The position numbers were made by a program, and so were the translations under genes. The notes below the pieces were generated by a model. It saw only the letters and a program-made list of their open reading frames with translations. It did not search any database and was not told the DNA's origin. A stretch of 64,000 nt of DNA from a virus, in the IMG/VR virus record IMGVR_UViG_3300021335_000004. One strand, given 5' to 3'. Positions 54,797 through 64,000 of the stretch are shown piece after piece (the stretch's first letter is position 1; the number at the start of each line of letters is the position of its first letter).

Positions 54797-56101
54797 TTAA
54801 ACTTTCAACACACATTCTACTAGTTTTTCCTCTGAATTACTGTTAGATTCTAAAGCAACTCCTACTAACATACCTTTACCTTCTGCTTTAGCAACTCCTG
54901 ACGAGCTTGTAAAAATTCTAGAACCCTTAGTAACTTCACCTATAATTCTAATTGGCAGACGTCCTTTAAGACCAATATATTGACCTTCTGTATCTGCGTT
55001 CATTTTAAAGGCAGGATTTTCAGAAATAACACCAATAGCGCATCCTCCTTCACTACAAGCCTCTGTCTCAAATTTATTAGAAGTAGAAACCATCATCACT
55101 GTTCCAATAGAATACTCTTCATCAGTAGTATATTTCTCAGCCAAGTCAGCATATTTGGCAGTAGTTGCTAATCCAAAAAATTCACCACTAGCATACATAT
55201 TTCTAAACTGATTACCAGTAGCCCCAACATCAATTGTTGCAGTAGTTGGAAGTAAATTAACAGCAAAATCAACACTATTAGAGTCAATGCTCATACGTTT
55301 AGTACCACCAGTAGTAAATCCTATATCATCTGTTCCTTCACGGAAAATACCAGTATCAGTATCATCTTCAAAAGTTATAGAAGGGGCTGCTTGAGTACCA
55401 TCTTGAAATTGGGCTCCGTCTAATTGTAAAAAACCACCAGTAGCATTTAGAGAAATATGATCTACAGAAGTACCAATTAGCACTGCATTTGAAAAATAAC
55501 CATCTCTGTATCTATATGTCCAGTCTCCAAAATCAACAGTAGCATCTGTAATAGGTTCTACTTTTGCATCAAGAGCTAAATGATGAGGCTTAACCGACCC
55601 TGGATAAGGGATACCTACATCAATAAATCCAGTTTGTGCTGCTCCGTTTGATACTTTCATATATAAACGGTTATTAGAAGAAGCTCCTAGTCCAGACTCA
55701 GAAACTCTTCTTATACTAGTCTGAGTTGTGTCTGAAGAATTTACTACAGCAACTAGTTCTCCAATTTCATAATCTCTCATGTCCATAGTAGAAAGTTGAG
55801 TAGTAAAACTTGTTGCTATTCCATATCTAGTAAAATTGTTTCCCGGCCATAATCCCGTTCCTCCAGAAGGAGGTTTAGCGTGATTTGTATCCTTTATATA
55901 TAATCTACCATTTATAGAATCTCTCCAAAAAACCCCATTAGGGATAGTTCCTGTTGACCCTTCATCGTTAAAATCAGTTCCTAACGGTTGTTCTTGCCCA
56001 TAAAAATTTCTACTAATTGCTCTTAAACTAGAATTAAAGTCATTCCTTGAAAGAGCAATTGTTCTAGAAAAAGCAGGCAATAAAAATTGTTCATTTGACA
56101 T
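54797..56101 (-). CDS. tail fibre-like protein with C-terminal intramolecular chaperone-like domain
   Basis: 'APSITF..DTDTG.F' fibre motif; 'YADLAEKY...GVISENPA..MN...GLKGRLP'. Confidence 0.7.
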   Translation of the reverse strand: MSNEQFLLPAFSRTIALSRNDFNSSLRAISRNFYGQEQPLGTDFNDEGSTGTIPNGVFWRDSINGRLYIKDTNHAKPPSGGTGLWPGNNFTRYGIATSFTTQLSTMDMRDYEIGELVAVVNSSDTTQTSIRRVSESGLGASSNNRLYMKVSNGAAQTGFIDVGIPYPGSVKPHHLALDAKVEPITDATVDFGDWTYRYRDGYFSNAVLIGTSVDHISLNATGGFLQLDGAQFQDGTQAAPSITFEDDTDTGIFREGTDDIGFTTGGTKRMSIDSNSVDFAVNLLPTTATIDVGATGNQFRNMYASGEFFGLATTAKYADLAEKYTTDEEYSIGTVMMVSTSNKFETEACSEGGCAIGVISENPAFKMNADTEGQYIGLKGRLPIRIIGEVTKGSRIFTSSSGVAKAEGKGMLVGVALESNSNSEEKLVECVLKV

Positions 56102-56116
56102 TTATTTTCTCCTTAA

Positions 56117-59100
56117 TTATATTCCTCTAGCTTCAAATTGTATATCCTGACCAGTAACAGTACTTCCTGTTTCGTCATATACACTTACATTACAGCTTGT
56201 TGTTGTTATATCTCTCATCATTATTGTATAAGATCCTGCTGGTGCATTTATCATTTGCCCATTAACAAATGGAACTCCTAAAAACTCAGCGCTACTATAA
56301 TCTATATTCCAGTTTTCACCATCTACACCTACATCCCTAATAAATAATTTATCTTTAAGATCCACACTATATCTAAACTTATCTAAGTTAAAACTACCGA
56401 TTGACGGATCAAAATTTTCTACATTATATCTAATTTGAAAAAACTGAAATTCTTTATCAAAGCCGCCTACTGTTAGATAACCATCTTTGGTAGCAGTGTT
56501 AGCACTAAACGTGCTAATATTTACGTTTCCATTAGCATAAAAAGGATTAGATACAGCATATCTTATTTGTACGTTCTGATTAATAATACTCGGATCTATA
56601 CCTACAAAAGTAGATTCTAAGTCATCTCTGTACTGCCCTAAATTAACTAATTGATAAGTAGCCCCAGAATCTGAAGTAGCTGTAGTTAGATTAGGCAAGG
56701 CATTAGTTACTGAATAGTTAGCCCCTATTTCATGAGCTAATTTACCAGCACTATCTTTAATAGGATTACCATTAGCAAAATATGCTTGTCCTAAAGAAAG
56801 AGCATTTGCATTAGCAATTCCCGATATTAAAGCGTAAGAATTCGTATTTGAAATGTCTCCTGTAAATTGCCCCGGATTCCACACAGCATAAACTGACCCT
56901 CTAAAGTTAGCTGCTGTAATAGTAGAAACTAAATCTAAAGCATCAGTACCAGTTCTAGAAGTAATAGTATTATTAATTAGACTATCATATATAACAGTAG
57001 ACTCTCCAGAATCTAATACTCCGTGCGGAGATTCTACTTGAAAATATGTTCCTACACCATTAGCACTAGGACTACCTATAGTACCACTTATATTTCTATC
57101 AACTAATATAGTACTATCATTAGATACTTCTGTGGAGCTGGTGTTTACGATCTCATATTCACTATGCCAAGATCTAGTACCGAAAGGCTGACCTGAAGTA
57201 TCAAGAATTACTTTTCCTTTAATGATAGAGCCTACATCTCTAATCTGAGTTACATATGAAGCATTTGCAGAGGCTTGTAAATCAGTCACATCTGAAACAG
57301 TTGCCCAACCAGAAGCAAAACCGTTCGATAAATCAATTAAAGTAGCTCCTGGAGCAGAAGTACCTCCTGTTAAAGTATTTTGGCTTGGAAAATTACCATG
57401 TTGAAGTTCTTCGGATTCATTATTATTAGTAATACTTTGTCCTCTATAATTAACTGCAAAATCTAGATCTGGATTATCCTCACTAAAAGCTAGAAAAGTA
57501 TGTAAGTCTGCTGGTCTAGCAGGTGTAAACACTGTCGCTACAATACTACTTTTATTACCACTAGTATCGATTGCTTGAGCCATATAAGTAGAAGTACCAA
57601 ATGTAGGAATCGGTATACTAGCAGAGCTAGAAGGTGAAGAAACAGAAACAAGAATAGCTCCTGCACCAAATTCTTGTAAAACTATTTCTGGGCTACTTAC
57701 ATCAATAGATTTTCCTACGCGTCTAATTTCAATTTTTTCTAAATCTAAGTCTCTTAAACTTCCTGAAACATCTCGTTGTAGCTGCCACGAAAATACTAAT
57801 TGATCTAATAACTGACCTACTTGAAACTCTCTTACTGGTAGAGGAGGAGTTCTTTTACCAGGTAAAGAGGTAAATACTTCTACAGGTTCTCCTCTAATAC
57901 TACCATTTAAAGGAGTTACTTTTACTAAAATTCTATTTGGATTATTTCTTGGACCTCTATCTAAATTATTAATAGTAAAACTTATTTTTTCTATACCTGC
58001 TTCTGTAGATGTAGTATTATTTGGTACTTTCACTACATTAAAATTAGTTAAATTAATAATAGTATTATTATCACCTTCTAAAGTAGTTCTTGTAGAGCCT
58101 GCCAGTTTATAAGCTATTTCATAATCGGTCACATCTCTAAAATTAATCTTATCAAATTTAACTGTTACTCTTAAACTAACTCCTCTAAGTACGTCGATAT
58201 ATAAGGAATCGTCAACAACTAGATTTTGTACTCTAGGAATAGGAATATTTCTAATAAATACTGATTGAGTATTATATTCACTTCTTCTTCTAGCTGTATT
58301 TATATTTCTAGCACGTACTAAAGTTAACCCAATCGGATTATCTTTTATTATTCTCTGACCGGTTGAACCGAAAAAAAGATCTTCAAAATCTGCGGTGCTA
58401 CTTAAAGAGTATCCACCGGTATTAGCCAAGTTAAAGTAACCAGGATACGTAGTAGCTTCGTAACCAAAACTTACAGTTCCTTTCTTACTACCTGCAACAG
58501 CAACTACATTAGAAATAGTTCCCAAAGGATCTTCTGTTATATTAGTAGCCGTTCTTCCAGATAAAATAGCTCTTGGAGCTTCTGAAAGTTTGACTCGATA
58601 AATTGAGTTTGCTGTTAAAGCAGCATTGTAACTTGGATCAGTAGGATCATAGCTTACATTAGCTATAGAATAAGTATTACCCGAAAGAATTGATATATTA
58701 TCGCCTTTTTCTATTAAAGGCTCACTATAATGATCAACCTCTGTTCTAATCTTATTTGCTGAGATAGCCGCTCCTGGTGTTCTAAAAGCATCTAAGTTTA
58801 CTGTTACATACTTAGTATTAGGTATGTGTGTAAAAGAACTATCTTCTACCCCATCAATAAATACTTTAATAAAACTTGAATCTTTAGGCACAACACCAAG
58901 TGGTTGGTTAAAGGCTGCAGAGCTTATAGTAGAAACTGAATTTTCTTTAATTACTTTTCTTTTATTTCCTCTTATGTAAACTGAATTATTAGCTGCTAAG
59001 TTTACCTCTACTAATTGTGAAATACTAACATAAAAAGGAGGATCAGGAAGTTTGTCTATTAAAGATCCTGTACCACTCGTATCATTATTAATTTCAACAA

Positions 59101-59476
59101 AACCAAGAGTAGTATTATAATTAACTATTTCTGAAGTATATTGAGTAACTTTTGGTCTAAAGGCTGAAAATTTTTCAACAAACGAATCTGTTAGTTTTTC
59201 ATTTATTGGAAAAGCTAAGAAGTCTTCTCCTTTTAATCTGTCAGGAAATAAATTAACATCATTTACTTCTAGTACGTGTTTATGAAAATTTTCATCAAAA
59301 CAATTATCAAGAGAATTAATCGTAAATCTAACATTACTATTTACTATTTCAAAAGAATCACAAAGTAATCTAATATCTCCAACAGTAGTTGTAAAACCAT
59401 TTTTACCAAACAAAACAGCAGTTTCTGTGTTTGAAAAAGGTTCAATATTTGCAACTGTAAAATTTAAAATGGTCAT
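56117..59476 (-). CDS. large tail-tip/central fibre protein
   Basis: 1119 aa, beta-rich, FN3-like 'A.DTSGN.S' motif; follows J. Confidence 0.7.
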   Translation of the reverse strand: MTILNFTVANIEPFSNTETAVLFGKNGFTTTVGDIRLLCDSFEIVNSNVRFTINSLDNCFDENFHKHVLEVNDVNLFPDRLKGEDFLAFPINEKLTDSFVEKFSAFRPKVTQYTSEIVNYNTTLGFVEINNDTSGTGSLIDKLPDPPFYVSISQLVEVNLAANNSVYIRGNKRKVIKENSVSTISSAAFNQPLGVVPKDSSFIKVFIDGVEDSSFTHIPNTKYVTVNLDAFRTPGAAISANKIRTEVDHYSEPLIEKGDNISILSGNTYSIANVSYDPTDPSYNAALTANSIYRVKLSEAPRAILSGRTATNITEDPLGTISNVVAVAGSKKGTVSFGYEATTYPGYFNLANTGGYSLSSTADFEDLFFGSTGQRIIKDNPIGLTLVRARNINTARRRSEYNTQSVFIRNIPIPRVQNLVVDDSLYIDVLRGVSLRVTVKFDKINFRDVTDYEIAYKLAGSTRTTLEGDNNTIINLTNFNVVKVPNNTTSTEAGIEKISFTINNLDRGPRNNPNRILVKVTPLNGSIRGEPVEVFTSLPGKRTPPLPVREFQVGQLLDQLVFSWQLQRDVSGSLRDLDLEKIEIRRVGKSIDVSSPEIVLQEFGAGAILVSVSSPSSSASIPIPTFGTSTYMAQAIDTSGNKSSIVATVFTPARPADLHTFLAFSEDNPDLDFAVNYRGQSITNNNESEELQHGNFPSQNTLTGGTSAPGATLIDLSNGFASGWATVSDVTDLQASANASYVTQIRDVGSIIKGKVILDTSGQPFGTRSWHSEYEIVNTSSTEVSNDSTILVDRNISGTIGSPSANGVGTYFQVESPHGVLDSGESTVIYDSLINNTITSRTGTDALDLVSTITAANFRGSVYAVWNPGQFTGDISNTNSYALISGIANANALSLGQAYFANGNPIKDSAGKLAHEIGANYSVTNALPNLTTATSDSGATYQLVNLGQYRDDLESTFVGIDPSIINQNVQIRYAVSNPFYANGNVNISTFSANTATKDGYLTVGGFDKEFQFFQIRYNVENFDPSIGSFNLDKFRYSVDLKDKLFIRDVGVDGENWNIDYSSAEFLGVPFVNGQMINAPAGSYTIMMRDITTTSCNVSVYDETGSTVTGQDIQFEARGI

Positions 59477-62028
59477 TAGTTTATACTTTCAATTTCTGAA
59501 AAACCATCAGGTCTGGCTAGTTGATACTCTGTAGCTATTTGAATAGGGTAATCAGTAACGTCTGTTCCTTGTGATACTAAAAGGTCGTATCTTACTGTAC
59601 CGTCTTGATTTTTTCTAACTACTAAATCTAAATCTAAATCCGGAGTAGGCGGAGGCTTTCCTGGGCTAAATACTTGTTTATATGCAACTGGTTTATAAGA
59701 TATTGTAGATTCAGAATCAATATACACATTAGATATATATTCTACGGCGTCTATTTTAATAGTTTCAACACTATCTCTTTGCAGTTGTACTATTTTAAAA
59801 AGCTTGTCATTTGTTCCTCTATAGAAATTAGAAGGGTCAGTCTCGCCTAAACTCCAAATATCGCCTCTAGTTGGTTTATTAGTACTATCAAAACCAGAAA
59901 AATTATCAAAAGTTTTTGTAGAAGGATTAAATTGTTTAACTACAGTAAAATCAACAAAATCTAATCCACTACTTACATTTTGATTAGTTAATTCTGTTGA
60001 CTGATAGCTTTGTCCGTTAGAATAAACTCCTTTATGTATATTTTTAACATACGTTGTAGTGCCAGATTGAAAGTTAGTATTTGACAAAATATATAAATCT
60101 GTTTTATCTGTTTCAAACTTAGTAACTCTTAAAGCTAAAGGAAGAGTGTTACTGGTTATTGTATTATTTGTAAGAGCAGGGCTAGAAAAGTGCTCTATGT
60201 AAACATTAGAAGTGCTTATAGTACTATTTGATCTTACTTTTCCACCATAACCCCACGCAAGACCTTGAGTTTGTTGCTGCACAGCGATAATATCTCCAGG
60301 GATTAAATCCAAAGCAGTTACATCAGTACCAAAAGCAATAGACCTTCTTAAATATTTATTTACAGCAAGTAAATACTGACCATACCTAATAGCCTGACTT
60401 CTACGAGTAACTCCGTGTAAATCTATGGAAGTAATATTTTCTACCATATTTCTTTCTCTTAGAGCTTTATCATCATCTAATTGTATACTTTCTCTTTTAT
60501 AGTGATTAGATGGATTAATAAAAGTGACTTCAACCCCTGTTAGTTGAGCACTTTCCATAGTTCCTGAAATAGTAAAACTGTCTTTTAATATGTTAGTTTC
60601 ATTAAAAATAACCGAAGGAATCTCTCCTGGTTTATCTATGTTGATAGAAAGTCCTCTTGGGGTATAAACTAAAATAGCTCTTAATGTCGCACATATTTTC
60701 TCTAATAATTCAAATCCTTGACTCCTATCAGCTATAATACCATCATATATAAAACGCCTTTCTAATACAGAGGTTCCTTCGCTTAATCCTTGTAATTTTT
60801 GACGAGGAGCCGAAAAATAGGTTCTTGGTTTATATCTATAACTTCCGTCAGCTATTCCAGATACTCCTACAAACTGTCCAGTAACAGGGTCACAAGCATC
60901 ACAATATTGAGCAATCTCATAAAACTTATATTTATCAATATTTTCTTCGTTTATTCCAAGACCATAAGAATCATTAGTTAATAAATCATAGATAACCCAA
61001 ACAGGATTTTGAGTCCACGAATAGACAAAAGTTCCATCCCAAGCACCTCTGTAAATAACAGGGGTACTATATTTAATTGTGCTTCCAGTACTTGCTTGTC
61101 GATATCCTACGTAGCTATAAGAAAGATTACCACTGCTAGGCACCTCTACTTCTCTCCAATCAATTTCTCCATCTGATAAAGTAGGTTGATCATAATTAGA
61201 AGGTACTTTTACTAATAATCCCTTAATGACAGAAGTAAATCTAGGAATTTGTCCAGTATACTCATTATGCGCCTCTAAAGAATAACCAACTATAGCTGTT
61301 CTAGGATACGCTACAGGATCATTTTCTATTTCTGTCCAACCTAGTACTGCTATATTTTCTTGAGTTCTACTACTATCCGTATCATTACTGGTTTTTTCTA
61401 TTGTAAATTTATAACCATTGCTATCAAAGTTTTTTATAACGACATCAACATCTACTTTATATGCAACATTAGTTTTTCCAGATATTCTATAAGGTACGGG
61501 ATCAGCAGCTAAAGTTAACCCATCACTTTTAAATACTGTAATTTTAAAAGTCACGCTATGGTCAAGAATATTACCGTCATCGTCCATTTTTTGTAGAGAA
61601 TTAAGCAAAAACTTAAAACGTATTGCATCCCAAGCAAATGAAGAAGTAGGCTGAAGCACTACTTTTGTAGCAGGAACACCTTCAAGATTACCTTTTTTAA
61701 GTACTATTGCACTGCCGAATTGTTGTACTTGTGTAGTTTCCTCACCAAAAAGAGGTAAAGCAGATTGATTTACGGTACCGTTTCTACTAACATATATGAA
61801 CCTATCAGTAATCATAGTGCCATCATCATAATTAATAAAAGCGTCTGGACTAGATTCATTTATTTCTATATCAAAAACACCATTAGGATTAACTTTATAA
61901 ACAGGTCCTTCACTGACACCAGTAGTAAGTAGCATTAAGTCTTGTGAAAACAGGTTATTATCAGCCTCAAAATTACCTCCTGAGCCTCCTTTACCTCCTT
62001 TATGTCCACTTACTTCAAATACTTTCAT
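59476..62028 (-). CDS. tail tip / host-specificity protein J-like
   Basis: 'VSEGPV', 'YPRTA', 'VPSNYD', 'WDGTF...WTQNPVW..YDLLT..YGLG', 'YCD'. Confidence 0.9.
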   Translation of the reverse strand: MKVFEVSGHKGGKGGSGGNFEADNNLFSQDLMLLTTGVSEGPVYKVNPNGVFDIEINESSPDAFINYDDGTMITDRFIYVSRNGTVNQSALPLFGEETTQVQQFGSAIVLKKGNLEGVPATKVVLQPTSSFAWDAIRFKFLLNSLQKMDDDGNILDHSVTFKITVFKSDGLTLAADPVPYRISGKTNVAYKVDVDVVIKNFDSNGYKFTIEKTSNDTDSSRTQENIAVLGWTEIENDPVAYPRTAIVGYSLEAHNEYTGQIPRFTSVIKGLLVKVPSNYDQPTLSDGEIDWREVEVPSSGNLSYSYVGYRQASTGSTIKYSTPVIYRGAWDGTFVYSWTQNPVWVIYDLLTNDSYGLGINEENIDKYKFYEIAQYCDACDPVTGQFVGVSGIADGSYRYKPRTYFSAPRQKLQGLSEGTSVLERRFIYDGIIADRSQGFELLEKICATLRAILVYTPRGLSINIDKPGEIPSVIFNETNILKDSFTISGTMESAQLTGVEVTFINPSNHYKRESIQLDDDKALRERNMVENITSIDLHGVTRRSQAIRYGQYLLAVNKYLRRSIAFGTDVTALDLIPGDIIAVQQQTQGLAWGYGGKVRSNSTISTSNVYIEHFSSPALTNNTITSNTLPLALRVTKFETDKTDLYILSNTNFQSGTTTYVKNIHKGVYSNGQSYQSTELTNQNVSSGLDFVDFTVVKQFNPSTKTFDNFSGFDSTNKPTRGDIWSLGETDPSNFYRGTNDKLFKIVQLQRDSVETIKIDAVEYISNVYIDSESTISYKPVAYKQVFSPGKPPPTPDLDLDLVVRKNQDGTVRYDLLVSQGTDVTDYPIQIATEYQLARPDGFSEIESIN

Positions 62029-62042
62029 TTATTTCACCTGTT

Positions 62043-62762
62043 TTAAAAGCTTAAGCCGGGGTATTTATTCTCAAAAATTCTTTTCATTATATATTCTGTG
62101 CTTCTCTCGGGGCCTTTGTCTATAGTTCTTACTTCTCCACTTAATAAATGTCCGGCTACTCTGTGTCTACCATATACTAAAGGAATAGGAGTTCCAGAAT
62201 TTAGGGTGTGTTGTAAGGGGCCAAAAGCATCGTTTTGTCTAGCAGCAGCATCTCCTGAACCATCTGATTTTGGGGGTTTCATAATTTCCATCATCACAGC
62301 ACCAATCATCATTGATACACCGACTGTCATTACAGCGGTGCCTAATGCGGTTGCGGTACCACCAGCGGCAACCGCTGTTCCGCTTACCGCTGCTCCCTCT
62401 ACCATTGTCGCTCCTAATTGAGGAGCATAAATAGCTACAGCAATAATTGCAGCAGCAACAAGGGCTGTTTCTAAACTAGATTTACTGCCTGCAATAATAG
62501 GGAGTAAACAAAGTTTTGCACTTTTAATCTTTTTAGAAAAATAGTCTTGAAAAGTTAGTATCTTATTATTAACTAAATCTACTATACTAAAATTATCTGT
62601 AATTTGCTTATTTTTAATCTGATTAATAACCGTCTTTAATTTAGGGAAAGTAGCTTCAAGAGCAGATATAAGTTGTCCATAAGTTGCTACATCAAAAGTT
62701 ATTTCCCTAACTTCATCAGTATATTTTAACAAACTTTTATGAAAACGCATTTCTACTTTCAT
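62043..62762 (-). CDS. tail assembly protein I-like
   Basis: 'P.IAGS', hydrophobic Gly/Ala stretch, 'GTPIPLVYG'. Confidence 0.85.
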   Translation of the reverse strand: MKVEMRFHKSLLKYTDEVREITFDVATYGQLISALEATFPKLKTVINQIKNKQITDNFSIVDLVNNKILTFQDYFSKKIKSAKLCLLPIIAGSKSSLETALVAAAIIAVAIYAPQLGATMVEGAAVSGTAVAAGGTATALGTAVMTVGVSMMIGAVMMEIMKPPKSDGSGDAAARQNDAFGPLQHTLNSGTPIPLVYGRHRVAGHLLSGEVRTIDKGPERSTEYIMKRIFENKYPGLSF

Positions 62763-63124
62763 TTTAACATATCTTCCTGTAACTTTTTAAACCTTGTACT
62801 TTGAATATCTTTATCATACCAATAAACAAAAACATTCTCTTCCCAACCTACTAAATAAGTATATTCTTCGTCTGCTATCTTTTTTCCATCTAAAATTGAA
62901 GGAGTAGGGGCTTCATCTGGGTGTGAATGAAAAAACCCCCAACAATCATCTTCATACTCTAACAAAGCTAAAGGGTCTAATATAAAATTATTTATTGGGT
63001 CTTTACTAATATTTTTACAAGGAATATATTTAAAATCTTTTGTGATAATACCACATGCTTCTTTTGGATACTCCTTAAAAGAGTGTTTTCTAAATTCTTC
63101 TTTTAGAAATTGAAGTTTTTCCAT
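62759..63124 (-). CDS. JAB/MPN domain tail protein (K N-terminal-like)
   Basis: 'YPKEACG', 'HSHP...PS..D'. Confidence 0.85.
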   Translation of the reverse strand: MEKLQFLKEEFRKHSFKEYPKEACGIITKDFKYIPCKNISKDPINNFILDPLALLEYEDDCWGFFHSHPDEAPTPSILDGKKIADEEYTYLVGWEENVFVYWYDKDIQSTRFKKLQEDMLK

Positions 63125-63537
63125 CTATATACCCCCACTGTATATCTTTTGTACCATTTTCCATATGGCGCAATCCACGAAGTATGGTCTACCATAGTTT
63201 GTAGCATTTTATTATTACCAATATACAAAGCGCAATGATTTGCTATATTTGAACTTCCTATATTCATTACTATTATATCAAAAGGTTGCAAAATGTCAAC
63301 CTCTACAAAATTATTTTTTTCATTTTTGAAAAAATTTTCCATCACTCTTTCATGGGTTTTATTGTACCACGTTTCTTCTACAATATTACAATGATCCCAA
63401 GTATGTACTTTAAAATCTTCGCCAGTTTGATCAAAAATTACTTTAGCGCATAAATTACCACAATCTATACCAACGGTTAAATCATTTCCTAAATGTCTGT
63501 ACGGTATTCCTAAATAAGTAGTAATCCAATCAGGCAT
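63103..63537 (-). CDS. NlpC/P60 tail-associated peptidase (K C-terminal-like)
   Basis: 'YLGIPY...GIDC', 'HCALYIG'. Confidence 0.85.
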   Translation of the reverse strand: MPDWITTYLGIPYRHLGNDLTVGIDCGNLCAKVIFDQTGEDFKVHTWDHCNIVEETWYNKTHERVMENFFKNEKNNFVEVDILQPFDIIVMNIGSSNIANHCALYIGNNKMLQTMVDHTSWIAPYGKWYKRYTVGVYRWKNFNF

Positions 63538-63559
63538 ACTACGTAAAGCTTTTTCATAA

Positions 63560-64000
63560 CTATTGCGGCAAGTTTCTTCCTGTTGCAATGAATCCCCCAA
63601 AATGAATTTGATTATTTCTCAAAGAGCATGCTTCGTAATTTTTAGCACAAACATCCTGTGCTGAATCGCCTGTTGTAGAATTACTTACTGTAAAAAACCC
63701 ATTAGCTGATTTAGTTTTACCATTAGGATAACCAGGAATAGTGCCAGTACCATCTGTAGGATATTGACACTCTTCTCCTTTATATACCCATTGACAACTG
63801 TTTTTATAAAATCTTCTTTTTGGCAATACAAACTTAAAAAATTCTAACCAATTACTAAGACTAAACTGAGCTGCTACTCTATTCAAGCCCGCTAAACTTT
63901 CTATTTTAAACACATCTTCGACATATGCATGGGGGTCTCTAGTAGGATTTACGATATAAAGTTTATCTCCTATAATAGTATCTATTGAATTTTTAAGTTG
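63560..64000 (-). CDS. minor tail protein L-like (partial, starts beyond window end)
   Basis: 'LPKRR....CQWVYKGEECQY...DVCAK....C..R.....FGGF'; frame open to 64000. Confidence 0.88.
   Translation of the reverse strand, partial: QLKNSIDTIIGDKLYIVNPTRDPHAYVEDVFKIESLAGLNRVAAQFSLSNWLEFFKFVLPKRRFYKNSCQWVYKGEECQYPTDGTGTIPGYPNGKTKSANGFFTVSNSTTGDSAQDVCAKNYEACSLRNNQIHFGGFIATGRNLPQ

Noticed and set aside
63510-63557. 15-aa signal-like micro-ORF MKKLYVVCLIGLLLI on the - strand
   Set aside because: It overlaps the NlpC/P60 start out of frame and is too short to support
1-64000. Stop-codon reassignment
   Set aside because: Core genes are full length under the standard bacterial code, and TAA, TAG and TGA all end genes

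Overview
This is a 64 kb, AT-rich segment of a lytic dsDNA tailed phage with a T5-like (Demerecviridae-like) replication core. The core runs PC4-like, D3-like, NAD ligase, D5, DnaB helicase, primase, PolA, D10-D15 and dUTPase on the + strand and converges with a lambda-type tail-tip module (L, NlpC/P60, JAB, I, J, fibres) on the - strand. The circularly permuted tmRNA points to an alphaproteobacterial host, probably marine (inference). Accessory content includes ribosomal protein bS21, an 11.5 kb heptose/glycosyltransferase/methyltransferase cluster, a Pho-box-preceded PiT-like transporter, UvdE, class Ia RNR, a purine-scavenging cassette, tandem beta-propeller proteins and many tiny basic proteins. 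The most unusual locus is 1.2-3.3 kb. A two-piece tmRNA gene carries a protein-coding ORF inside its intervening segment. It is followed by a Rieske-cluster-less oxygenase gene that ends in the tmRNA degron (LAA) and then a second, compensatorily mutated copy of the tmRNA 3' structure. A second unusual element is a duplicated non-coding promoter/motif/GNA-triloop module at about 15.3 kb and 53.5 kb, which is a candidate replication origin or ncRNA. All calls come from motif recognition by eye; no database searches were run.
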